NCBI GenBank assembly: GCA_017620655.1
Contig: JAGAUT010000034.1
Coordinates: 2,334-66,333 of the forward strand
Length of the DNA: 64,000 bases
Source of the DNA: Clostridia bacterium
Lineage (GTDB): Bacteria > Bacillota > Clostridia > Oscillospirales > CAG-382
Reading direction: 5' to 3'
The position numbers and the translations under genes were made by a program. The notes under the pieces are model-generated. The model saw only the letters and a list, made by a program, of their open reading frames with translations, did no database searches and was not told the DNA's origin. Every line of letters starts with the position of its first letter. The stretch's first letter is position 1. Positions 8,713-17,818 of the stretch are shown in pieces.

Positions 8713-9140
8713 TTTTTCATTAACCTCTCTTTCACATACTTCAGTCTGCGTCTTGACACATAATCGCGGTAGCCGTTCTTGAAATTTACGGCAAGCGTTC
8801 CCGAAATAGTTGCATCAAAGGACCTGATTTTTTCAATATTGGCAATGCAGGATTTATTGATTTTCAAAAAATTATCGGGAAGGAATTCTTCGAGCTCATA
8901 GAGTTTTTCATCCACCTCTAAAATATCCTTTCCTGCATGGACAAAGACTTTATTATCATCCGAAGTAAAGCAGACGACCTCCGAAAGCTCAATGTTATAG
9001 GAAACCCTGTCACGTTTTGCTACAATACTTTCGTCGCCTTTTACAAGTCTTTCGATTTTGTCCACAAGCTCTGTTCTTTCTTTGGCGAAAATTAAAATTT
9101 CTTCGTCCCTGTCTTTGTCAATTACTATTTTAATCTTCAT
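8709..9140 (-). CDS. Stand-alone LytTR family transcriptional regulator
   Basis: Start 9140 with RBS aagggagg; LYELEEFLPDNFLKINKSCIANI and YVSRRRL; no receiver domain. Confidence 0.9.
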   Translation of the reverse strand: MKIKIVIDKDRDEEILIFAKERTELVDKIERLVKGDESIVAKRDRVSYNIELSEVVCFTSDDNKVFVHAGKDILEVDEKLYELEEFLPDNFLKINKSCIANIEKIRSFDATISGTLAVNFKNGYRDYVSRRRLKYVKERLMKK

Positions 9141-9162
9141 GGCATTTCCTCCCTTCGCAGAT

Positions 9163-9231
9163 ATGTTAGCATATAAAAAAGCTCGTTGCAATGTTTTTTG
9201 TGTAAGCGGTGGTTTTAAAAAGGTAAGCGGT
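9163..9231 (-). promoter_or_regulatory. sigma-A promoter with upstream LytTR direct-repeat boxes
   Basis: ACCGCTTAC-N12-ACCGCTTAC (9231-9223, 9210-9202), -35 TTGCAA (9191-9186), 17 bp, extended -10 TGcTAACAT (hexamer 9168-9163). Confidence 0.8.
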
Positions 9232-9273
9232 ACAAAAAAGCGGGAGGATATCATCCTCCCGACAATTCTGTAA

Positions 9274-10398
9274 TTAATTCAAGCAAAGCTCCATAATCTC
9301 ATTTACATACGCACCGTCTGCAAAAGAGGGTGACGGCGTTTTGCCTTCATATACGCACATGAAATAATTTCTCATGCTGTTGACATGTCCCTGGAGCCAG
9401 CCGATAGGCGCACGCATACCCGGAAGCACACTGTCGGGGATTATATCATTAAGTCTGTTGACACATTCGATTTTTGTATAACCCTTATATCCGCCGACAG
9501 GTGTGCCTTGTGCCTTGTTGTCGTAGAATTCAAGATAGTTTGGCTGCATGAGGTCAAACTTCAATGAACCGTCTGTACCGAAGATTTCAAGAGTGAAGTC
9601 GTCATTCGCACCGACACATATTTTTGTAGCTTCAAGTGTTCCGACAGCACCGCAATTCAAGGTGGCAATTACATAGATTGCTTCTTCTGCGTTGGTTTTC
9701 CACTCCTTGCCGTCAGCACCCTTTCGAGTTTCAAAGCCTATCTGGGGAACAGCCTTGACTTCTTTAATTCTATTTTCTTCTTTATCGCCGAGAACACAGG
9801 AAAGAAGGTCGATAACATGAGAGCCGAGATCAAAGAGAACACCTGCACCGCAGATATCTTTATTCTGCTTCCAGCCTGCGTTTTTCTCGGGGTCAGTACC
9901 CGACGAATGGCGGTAACAACTGCGGAAAGACAGGATTCTTCCGAGTTTTCCTTCTTCTACTATCTGTTTTGCACGCATAATGCAAGGCAAATGTCTGTTA
10001 TTGAACACCATACCGTAACACTTATCCTTGCCGTCAATGAGCGACATTATTTCATCCGCTTGTGCCTTGCTGATGCCGAGAGGCTTTTCACAAAGGATGT
10101 GCTTACCTGCTTCAACCGCCTTTCTTATTTCATCAAGGTGGAGATTGTTGGGTGTACAGATATCAACCACATCAATTTCGGGATTTTTTAGCATTTCCTC
10201 AAAGGAAGTAGCGTAGTTTTCAAAGCCGAGAGCATCTGCGTCGGCTCTTGCAGTTTCCTTATTTCTTGTTACAAGCGTATGGAGTTTTACTTCAAAGGGT
10301 AAATCTTCGAAGCTGTATTTGAGCATTGCAATGGAAGCAGAGTGTGTTCTTCCCATTGCACCTTTGCCGACAATTGCGACATTTATTGTTTTTTTCAT
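9274..10398 (-). CDS. Gfo/Idh/MocA family oxidoreductase
   Basis: VAIVGKGAMG Rossmann motif, ICTPNNLH, LCEKPLG, GVLFDLGSHVID. Confidence 0.92.
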   Translation of the reverse strand: MKKTINVAIVGKGAMGRTHSASIAMLKYSFEDLPFEVKLHTLVTRNKETARADADALGFENYATSFEEMLKNPEIDVVDICTPNNLHLDEIRKAVEAGKHILCEKPLGISKAQADEIMSLIDGKDKCYGMVFNNRHLPCIMRAKQIVEEGKLGRILSFRSCYRHSSGTDPEKNAGWKQNKDICGAGVLFDLGSHVIDLLSCVLGDKEENRIKEVKAVPQIGFETRKGADGKEWKTNAEEAIYVIATLNCGAVGTLEATKICVGANDDFTLEIFGTDGSLKFDLMQPNYLEFYDNKAQGTPVGGYKGYTKIECVNRLNDIIPDSVLPGMRAPIGWLQGHVNSMRNYFMCVYEGKTPSPSFADGAYVNEIMELCLN

Positions 10399-10415
10399 TG
10401 GTTTCTCCTTTTTAC

Positions 10416-10466
10416 AATCCCTCCGTCACGGCTAACCGTGACACCTCCCTTTACACAAGGGAGGCT
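10416..10466. repeat. Double-hairpin REP-like intergenic element, family C, copy 1
   Basis: gtcacgg-ctaa-ccgtgac plus cctccct-ttacaca-agggagg; near-identical architecture at 38370-38420. Confidence 0.75.
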
Positions 10467-10516
10467 TTTTGGTTTCTTTATCTGTTCAAAGTATCATTAA
10501 AAACAGTATACGATTT

Positions 10517-11188
10517 TCACCAAACGAAAGGCAAAAGTCTGTATTTTACTTTTTGTTTATATTCTTTATATCCCGAAAGTTCCTTTTCCAAAAGCCGTTC
10601 TTCATACTTTATACGTTTTGCAATCACAAAGGGATACACAAGAAAAACGGCAAATGAGTATAGCGAGCCTAAAATCAAGGGCATTGACAGGAACAAAAGA
10701 ATCGACGACAAATACATCGGATGCCTTACAATCGCATAAAGCCCCGTATCAATCACCTTTTGGTTTTCCTGTATTTCTACCGTTCTTGAAAGATAGGTGT
10801 TTTCTCGAAGCACCCGGGCATAAAGCAGATATGCCAGAAGAAATACCGCCGTTGCAATAACTGTAACAATATTCGGAAGTCTGAGCCAGCCGAATCTGAA
10901 ATCAAGTCCTGCAACAACAAATCCCAAAACAAACATCAAAGCACTTATTCCTATAACTGCCTTCTGTTCTTTTTGTTTTTCATCGGCTTTCAGGCGTTTT
11001 TCGAGAAGTGACGGGTTCTTTATCATCATGACAAAGCCTGCGATAAGCATAGGCAAAAACAGCACACCCATCAAAAGCCAGCCTTTCGGAAAGTGAAGTG
11101 TGCCGGCAGGCAGAAATATGAGAAGAAACACAAGTATTATACCCAAAGTACATCTTGTGAGTGCAGTGACAAGCAGTTTCTTTGTCAT
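10517..11188 (-). CDS. Isoprenylcysteine carboxylmethyltransferase family membrane protein
   Basis: Multi-TM; ENTYLSRTV, TGLYAIVRHPMY, EERLL. Confidence 0.88.
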   Translation of the reverse strand: MTKKLLVTALTRCTLGIILVFLLIFLPAGTLHFPKGWLLMGVLFLPMLIAGFVMMIKNPSLLEKRLKADEKQKEQKAVIGISALMFVLGFVVAGLDFRFGWLRLPNIVTVIATAVFLLAYLLYARVLRENTYLSRTVEIQENQKVIDTGLYAIVRHPMYLSSILLFLSMPLILGSLYSFAVFLVYPFVIAKRIKYEERLLEKELSGYKEYKQKVKYRLLPFVW

Positions 11189-11203
11189 GATTTCACCTCG
11201 CCT

Positions 11204-13003
11204 TTACTGTGCCCTCATCTTTTCCACCCTCTCGGCATCTGCCGTGACATAGCAGGTATAGTTTGTTTCATAAATTACAAAACCCGGTTTTGAGCCTGAG
11301 GGCTTCTTTACATTTCGTACTCTTGTATAGTCAACGGGTGCCTGAGGAAGCTCCTTTTGCGAGCTGTATAAGGCTGCAATCATCGCAGCTTCAGTAAAGT
11401 CTTCACTCGGCGGCTCGTCTTTACCGCATCTTAGAATTACGTGAGAGCCGGGTGCATTCTTTATATGGAACCAATAGTCGTCCTTGGAGGCAACCTCACA
11501 TGTTATATAGTCATTCTGAAGGTTGTTTTTACCGCAAAGGACTTCATATCCGCCCGAAGTCATAAAACGCATGGGTTTATAGTCCTTTTTAAGTGCGTTT
11601 TTATATTCCTTCTTTGTCCTTGTCATGCTTCGTCTTAGGTTGTCAAGAGTTTTGCCGTAGCCTGAAGCTGACAGTTCTGTTCTGATTTGTGCAAGGTCAG
11701 CCTCTGTATCGGCTTTTGTAAGGGAATCGAAAACGGTATCTATATACTGAAGTTCCGCTTCGGATTCGGCTATCTGCTTTGTGAGCATAACTTCTGCCGA
11801 CTTTGCCTTATTATACTTTTTATAATAATACTGGGCATTCTGGGCAGGTGTCATTCTTTCATCAAGTTTGACAGTGACGGTTGGTGTATTTTCGTCGTAG
11901 TAATCCACAAGTTCGGCACTTGTCTGTCCTTTTTTTAGAAGATAGATATTCGCCGTTATTATATCACCGAAGCGTTTAAATTCTTCTTTTTGTGCACTTT
12001 CGGCAAGGCTTTCACGCTGAAGTGCCGTTTTCTTTGTGATACGGGTTGAGGCATTTGTGAGAAGTCTAAGTATATCCTGACCTCTATGCTTTACCCTCTC
12101 CTGCTTATCTCTTTCAAAGTAAAAGGCATCAAGCAGTTCACTTATATCATCAAAACCCGTTACAACACTACCCGTACCATACTGGCGTATTTCACAGAAG
12201 GAAAAATCTATGACCTTGCCCTTTGTATCAGTAACAAGGCAGGGGTTGAATTCACCGTTCTTTACTCCGCCGTAGATGGAATCAAAATAGAACCACATCT
12301 TATCTGCATCGCAATCGCAAAGAGGTGTATTTGTAACCTTTGTTGCTCTATAGACAATTTCCCTTGCGGTAAGTGGCGAAAGACCTGCATAATTGGAAAT
12401 AAGGTACTTATCGGCAGCGCCCGTAAAACCGTTTGATACGTCATTTTGGATTTTGGCAAGGAATGTTTCCTTATCCACATCAAGGGCATCTGTTTTACCC
12501 TCCTGTTTTGGAGGATTTTCGTATTCAAAGCCAACAAGCACCTGGCGTTTATTGGTAGTCGAAAGGGAAATGGGATGAAGTACGCCGAGGATTCTTCTCT
12601 TTTCATCGAGGAAAATAACATTACTGTATGTTCCCATGATTTCGCAGACGAGATATTTAACCGAAGAATATCCCATTTCATCGGCACTGGTCAGCTTTAT
12701 TTCAACTGCTCTGTCAAAGCCGATTTGCTGTACGTCAAGTATATGTGCTCCCGACAGGTGTTTTCTCAGAAGCATACAGAACATAGGCGGCTGCATGGGG
12801 TTTTCTCTGTCGGCTTTACAGAAGCTGACTCTGGAATTTCCCGCACAGGCAGAAAGCAGGAGTTTTTTACTTTCCCCTGCTGTTCTTACCGACAGTATTA
12901 TTTCATCCCTTTCGGGCTGGTATATTTTATCTACTCTTGCGCCGATGACGGTGTCTTTCAGTTGTTTTACTACCGCCGCCATTACGCCTGCATCAAATGG
13001 CAT
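11204..13003 (-). CDS. rqcH: Ribosome quality control protein RqcH (NFACT/FbpA family)
   Basis: RVDKIYQP, MLLRKHL, EIMGTYSN, AQNAQYYYKKYNK, GKNNLQND, WFHIKNAPGSHV. Confidence 0.93.
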   Translation of the reverse strand: MPFDAGVMAAVVKQLKDTVIGARVDKIYQPERDEIILSVRTAGESKKLLLSACAGNSRVSFCKADRENPMQPPMFCMLLRKHLSGAHILDVQQIGFDRAVEIKLTSADEMGYSSVKYLVCEIMGTYSNVIFLDEKRRILGVLHPISLSTTNKRQVLVGFEYENPPKQEGKTDALDVDKETFLAKIQNDVSNGFTGAADKYLISNYAGLSPLTAREIVYRATKVTNTPLCDCDADKMWFYFDSIYGGVKNGEFNPCLVTDTKGKVIDFSFCEIRQYGTGSVVTGFDDISELLDAFYFERDKQERVKHRGQDILRLLTNASTRITKKTALQRESLAESAQKEEFKRFGDIITANIYLLKKGQTSAELVDYYDENTPTVTVKLDERMTPAQNAQYYYKKYNKAKSAEVMLTKQIAESEAELQYIDTVFDSLTKADTEADLAQIRTELSASGYGKTLDNLRRSMTRTKKEYKNALKKDYKPMRFMTSGGYEVLCGKNNLQNDYITCEVASKDDYWFHIKNAPGSHVILRCGKDEPPSEDFTEAAMIAALYSSQKELPQAPVDYTRVRNVKKPSGSKPGFVIYETNYTCYVTADAERVEKMRAQ

Positions 13004-13017
13004 ATAAATCTCCTGTT

Positions 13018-13905
13018 TTATTCCATTGTGGAAAAATCGTACTTCAGCATTTTTTTGTCAGAAATTGTTGCAGATACAAAGCCTGACGAATAGGGCCCTA
13101 CCTGATACTGCTGAAAATAAACTGTCACGCCGTCGGCATCCACATAATACTGTGCATTGGGAAGCTCTTTAGGTACAACTTCCGAAGGGTCATCAAAAAA
13201 AGCATCTTTGATTTTCATGAACTCATTTGTAAATGCCTCTGTTATTCTCTCCTGAGTACCGTAAAGCAAAGCTGAAAGCTCAAGCTCATTGCCGCCGACC
13301 ACATCAAAGGTATGCGATTCTCTGAATGTGTTGCCATGAACACCGCCTGAATAATAGTACCAGAATTCAGTCACAGAAATTATCCCCTTGGCATTTGCAT
13401 GAATTTCATAACCGTATCTGTAATCATACGGTCCGAACCAGTGCCCGTCGTCTTCTGTGACATACTCATATTCTTGAATCAAGGTTTCATATTCTTTCTC
13501 TGTATTGCTTTTAACATTCAGCGCATTTTTCTTGAACATTTGGTTTATTGTTGCAAGAAATTCTGCGTTATCATCCTCGTTAAGTTCAAAAACAGGATAA
13601 GAATAATCGTAAGTCGCGAGAACTGTTCCATCAGGAGCTGTAATTTCTCCTTCATAGGCTTCGGTAACATAATTATGAGAATCACTTACAGGCAAAACCG
13701 TCTCCTCCGAAGGCTCTTGGCTCTCATCATTGGCGGTTTTAACTTCATCTACAGATTGTTCATCCTCAATATATGTTTCTTATGTGTCAAAGACCTCTTT
13801 TACCTCTTTTATTTCATTGTTTTCATCCGTCAAAACAACTGTACAACCGTTAAAAGCAGTCAACACCGTCAAAAGAATTGTAATAGATATAATAGTTTTT
13901 TTCAT
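13018..13905 (-). pseudogene. DUF3298/DUF4163 (PdaC/RsiV-like) lipoprotein interrupted by one in-frame TAA
   Basis: ATG 13905 with RBS aagga encodes MKKTIISITILLTVLTAFNG-C (lipobox); codon 42 (13782-13780) is TAA, and the same frame continues to 13018 with YYYSGGVHG and YFQQYQVGPYSSG. Confidence 0.75.
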
Positions 13906-13977
13906 AATACTTCCTTTTTTATTATCTCATTAGGGAGGATAATATCCTACACCTGCAAAACCACATACCGTTTTGGC

Positions 13978-14472
13978 TTAACCTCTGTTCGGCATAGGTC
14001 TTTTCTTTGCGGTATATTCATCAACATCAATTCTGATAACCGTAACACCGCCGACCATTTTATCATTGAACTCAAAGTCCTTGCCTGTTTGTGTTTTCAT
14101 GAGCTTTTTAAGACCGTCGATTTTACCTTCAACATCTTCGATAATTTCAGCCTTGCCTTCGCCCATTACAGACGAATAGCAAATGCCGTGCTGGCAGGCA
14201 GATTCTCCCTCAAAGGGCACAATATCGGTATCTATTTCAACAAACACGTCGGGGTTTACTCTGAGAATATCGAGTTTTCTGCCCGTTGTCGCACCGTGAA
14301 GATAGAGGGACAGCTTTCCGTCTATCATGGTATAGCCGTAATTCATGGGAACAATATAAGGTTTTCCCTCATCCACCATGCCCACATGAACAATCTTTGC
14401 CCTGTCGAGTATGCCAATTATTTCATTTAAATCTGTTACTTCTCGCTCTCTGCGGGTGATTCCTCTTTTCAT
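13978..14472 (-). CDS. Pyridoxamine 5'-phosphate oxidase-like / Nim-family flavin-binding protein
   Basis: TRREREV, PYIVPMNYGY, YLHGATTGRK, YSSVMGEG. Confidence 0.85.
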   Translation of the reverse strand: MKRGITRREREVTDLNEIIGILDRAKIVHVGMVDEGKPYIVPMNYGYTMIDGKLSLYLHGATTGRKLDILRVNPDVFVEIDTDIVPFEGESACQHGICYSSVMGEGKAEIIEDVEGKIDGLKKLMKTQTGKDFEFNDKMVGGVTVIRIDVDEYTAKKRPMPNRG

Positions 14473-14490
14473 TCTTAATACCTCACAAAT

Positions 14491-15948
14491 TTAATCAACA
14501 TTAATAATTTTACCCGTCACAAGATTTACAAGTCTCTGTGTTCTTGCATAGTCAGTGCTACAATACACACCGCCGTTGGGTGTCATAAAGGTTTCACCGT
14601 GGATATACGGATAAATCTTTGACATTTCGCCACTCTGCAAATCTATTTCATAGAAACCGCTGTTTACGGCAGAAATCGGGAAATTTACAGTGCCGATTCT
14701 ATCTTTATTTGCATCAAACCACATAGACTTTACATAAAGTTTGCCGTTTGCCTTGCCGATAACCTCGACGGAGTTGATCTTCTCTGAATACTTTTCAGCA
14801 TAGCTCAAAAGCACACTACTTCCCGATTTGTAATAGTAAACATCCGAGAATGAGTTTGACCATCTTGACATATTATTCGGCGAATAACCGCTTGAACAGA
14901 CGTAGTATCCGCCGTTACCATCCGAGAAAACACCGCTGAAATTATTCTTGTTATCCCATTCGAGCCTTGTAAATTTATCGCCGTTTTTCTCGACAACATA
15001 TTCATTGTGGTGGGAATAGGGTGCAACAATCTGACCTGAGTAGACAATAAGCTGTATAAGCGAGCTGTTTTCTCCGGTTGCATATTCGAAAGCCTGAATA
15101 TCGGAAATGTTTTCTGTGTTACATTCCATTATGAGTTTTTCCCCGAGATAAAGTCCGTTTTCCTTTGCAACAACTTCAATCTCTTTTGCTTCTTCTCTAC
15201 CATAGCTTCTGTCAAATTCAAACTTTTCGTTCTCATTCTTACTTTCAATCTTTGTCAACATTTCACTTTCAAGGTCAAGCTCGTAGAAATCCCAGTAGGT
15301 ATAAAGCAAATGATAGCCAAAACTTCCGTTTTCGTTGATACGTTCTTCATAAACCGCCCTTTGATTCTCAAAAAAAGCTGTTTTTTCATCCGATTTATAA
15401 GCATATGCCATACCATAGTTATCGCCGCGTTCAAGGAAGAAGGAATAGTTTTCCTGCGAGAAGGTTATATCAAAATTAAGTTCCTCATAGGCAAAACGCC
15501 ATGTCATAGGAAAATATGTAACATTTCTGAAATTGAGAAGAGGATATTCTTCCTTTGTATTATCAATTCTTATGCCGTTAAGATACACGGGGTATTTAGG
15601 TATAACAGCATTATATTCATCCTTTTCGTTTATTACACCGTCATAACCAAAAAGTCTTGGAACATAATCGTATTCCATTTCATGATAGTGCTTTGTAATA
15701 AAAAGCCCCTGTTGCGAGTCAAAACCTACCGACAGACCAAGCATGGTACAAAGGTCATATGTCATGGGGAAATATGTTACATCTTTGTAGGTAATAAGGG
15801 GATATTCAACGTATCTGTTATCAACGCTGACATCTTCAATCTGAGTATAAAAGGGTGCAATTTTCACCTTTACATTCTGTGCGTGGCAAATGCCGCAGAG
15901 AAGAAGTGTGAGTGTTGCCGTAACCAATAATACACGTAGTTTTTTCAT
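14491..15948 (-). CDS. Secreted hypothetical protein with a duplicated N-terminal module
   Basis: Signal peptide ending CHA; two copies of EYPL..(YK/FR).VTYFPMT. Confidence 0.75.
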   Translation of the reverse strand: MKKLRVLLVTATLTLLLCGICHAQNVKVKIAPFYTQIEDVSVDNRYVEYPLITYKDVTYFPMTYDLCTMLGLSVGFDSQQGLFITKHYHEMEYDYVPRLFGYDGVINEKDEYNAVIPKYPVYLNGIRIDNTKEEYPLLNFRNVTYFPMTWRFAYEELNFDITFSQENYSFFLERGDNYGMAYAYKSDEKTAFFENQRAVYEERINENGSFGYHLLYTYWDFYELDLESEMLTKIESKNENEKFEFDRSYGREEAKEIEVVAKENGLYLGEKLIMECNTENISDIQAFEYATGENSSLIQLIVYSGQIVAPYSHHNEYVVEKNGDKFTRLEWDNKNNFSGVFSDGNGGYYVCSSGYSPNNMSRWSNSFSDVYYYKSGSSVLLSYAEKYSEKINSVEVIGKANGKLYVKSMWFDANKDRIGTVNFPISAVNSGFYEIDLQSGEMSKIYPYIHGETFMTPNGGVYCSTDYARTQRLVNLVTGKIINVD

Positions 15949-16031
15949 GACATTCTTTCCTTTCTTTTGTCATAATAAGTTGTTTCGGAGTTTATCCTTC
16001 GCACGAACCTGCCGCCACACGCATTTACTTC

Positions 16032-16234
16032 AAATAAAAAGTGCGACAAACGAAGCTGCCGCACGAAAAACGCCACTCCACTTGTCGCCAAACAAATTTA
16101 AATAGAATTAGAGAAACCCCTACAATCATTTAAAGGAGCACGCTTTTTTACCGTATTCACAAATGATTATAGGCAGAAAAGGGTACAATTATACCCATAA
16201 AAATACTCCAATTCCATTATTAAATCTGTTTGGC
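16032..16234 (-). ncRNA. Putative structured leader/attenuator RNA, copy A
   Basis: TTGACA (16269-16264)-17-TAAAAT (16246-16241); the 5' end pairs with 16099-16087; shared core and terminator with copy B. Confidence 0.65.
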
Positions 16235-16301
16235 ATAATTATTTTAACATATGGCAAAAAAACTGTCAAGTTGTTTTGCCGAAAAGCGGTTTCGGCTGAC
16301 A

Positions 16302-17069
16302 TTAATAAGTCACATACGGACTCTTTGTATCAAAAATTTCAACCTCAATATCCGAGAACTTTTCTTCAAGAAGTGTCTTTATTTTTTCGCAGACGGGGTT
16401 TTCGGTATAATAGTGACCGCAGTCATAGAGTGCAAAGTCACGAACCTTAGCATCAATGAAAAGGTTATGGGGTATCTCAGATGTGACATATGCATCGGCA
16501 CCTGTCATCATGGCTTCATAAACGAAATCCTTGCCCGAACCGCCGAGAACGGCAACCGTTTTTATCATTTTGCCGTCATTAAACGCACATCTCACGTCAC
16601 AGCCGAGCTTTTCTTTAAGATAGAGTGCAAATTCTTTTCCCGACATTTCCTCAGAAAGAATGCCGATTCTTCCAAAGTCTCCTCTATCACCGCCAAAGCC
16701 GTGAATATCGGAAAGTCCGAGAGTTTGTGCAAGCACATCGTTTACACCGCCCGCTGCCGAGTCGAGTCTTGTATGATATGAAAGCACGGAAACGTCATTT
16801 TTTATAAGTGTTTCGAGATTCTTATACTCAAAGCCTGTGATACGTGAAAGCTTCTTAAAAATAAAGGGGTGGTGTGTTACAATAAGGTCAAACTTATTCT
16901 TGCCTGCATAGTCGATAACATCTGACGTTGCATCGAGGGCAACAAGGATTTTACCGACGCTTTTATCGGGGCGTGAGCAAATCATAACCCCGTCGTTGTC
17001 CCAGCTCTCAGAAAGCTCCTTTGGGGATATTTCGGTCAAAGTTTTATCTATATCTCTTACTGTTGTCAT
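16302..17069 (-). CDS. Nif3-like dinuclear metal center protein (YqfO family)
   Basis: SWDNDG, IVTHHP, YHTRLD, VLGGSG, DCGHYYTE. Confidence 0.92.
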   Translation of the reverse strand: MTTVRDIDKTLTEISPKELSESWDNDGVMICSRPDKSVGKILVALDATSDVIDYAGKNKFDLIVTHHPFIFKKLSRITGFEYKNLETLIKNDVSVLSYHTRLDSAAGGVNDVLAQTLGLSDIHGFGGDRGDFGRIGILSEEMSGKEFALYLKEKLGCDVRCAFNDGKMIKTVAVLGGSGKDFVYEAMMTGADAYVTSEIPHNLFIDAKVRDFALYDCGHYYTENPVCEKIKTLLEEKFSDIEVEIFDTKSPYVTY

Positions 17070-17815
17070 GTTGTTTTCTCCTTCATTTCCTGCATCTCTC
17101 TGAGCAAATTTTCAAGCTCACTGCAATCAAGCTCTGCCTTTTTTCTATCGGCAATGGCTTTTTCGGTAATTCTGATTCTTCTGTCAAGCTGACGGCAGAA
17201 AAGCTCGCCGCCTTTTTCTATATTGCTTTTACCGAGAAGAAGCTGTGCAGGTGTATACTCTCTTTTTATACCGTCGAAGCACACCGACATCACGGCATAC
17301 ACCCTTTCCTTATCAAGCACCATTTCTTCATCAAGGATATTATAGCCGCTTTCGAGCAGGTACTCACGAAGTTTATCTTCGCTTGTCATAGGCTGGAGGA
17401 TAAATTTAATCTTACCTTTATTCACGTCGTTTCTTACAAAGTCTGCCCTGTCTAAGATTCCCGAAATGACTTCGCCACCCATACCGAGAATAAAAATTCT
17501 GTTTGCGTTTCTGTCTGAAAGTCCCGTAAGACCGTCTGTCAGAACAATGTCTATATAATCCGACAGAGGTGCTCCCATAAGTGTTCTGCGGCTGACATTT
17601 TCCCTTGCTTTACTGACAGGCCCTTCGTTTATATCCGATGCCGTAACCTTTTGGCAAATACCGCTTTGCACGAGGTAAATTGCAAGCTTTGCATGGTCAC
17701 AGCCGACATCTATGGCAACTAAATTGTCTGTGTCTTCGCCATCATACAAAGAAGCGGCGGCAATCCTTGCCGCCGCTACCAGCCTTGTCGATGGCGTTGT
17801 TATATCTCTTCCCAC
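17066..17815 (-). CDS. trmK: tRNA (adenine(22)-N1)-methyltransferase
   Basis: DVGCDHAKL, ASDINEGP, DGL, ILGMGGEVI, LQPM; adjacent to nif3. Confidence 0.88.
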   Translation of the reverse strand: MGRDITTPSTRLVAAARIAAASLYDGEDTDNLVAIDVGCDHAKLAIYLVQSGICQKVTASDINEGPVSKARENVSRRTLMGAPLSDYIDIVLTDGLTGLSDRNANRIFILGMGGEVISGILDRADFVRNDVNKGKIKFILQPMTSEDKLREYLLESGYNILDEEMVLDKERVYAVMSVCFDGIKREYTPAQLLLGKSNIEKGGELFCRQLDRRIRITEKAIADRKKAELDCSELENLLREMQEMKEKTT

Positions 17816-17818
17816 GAA

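Noticed and set aside
12471-12479. TTATCCACA DnaA boxes (also 26864-26872) and mnmE as signs of oriC
   Set aside because: Two isolated boxes inside coding sequence; no dnaA, dnaN or box cluster
13780-13782. TAA reassignment or alternative genetic code
   Set aside because: TAA terminates many intact genes in the window and no other gene shows an internal stop
13399-14430. 343-aa plus-strand ORF
   Set aside because: Antisense shadow of three minus-strand genes; no RBS or recognisable motif, and an implausible Phe/Ile/Cys-rich composition
16032-16234. Leaders A/B as 6S RNA, c-di-GMP-I riboswitch, T-box, PyrR or BglG-type RAT site
   Set aside because: I could not find the respective consensus motifs by eye, and two diverged copies tied to downstream genes do not fit 6S; only an Rfam search can exclude known families fully
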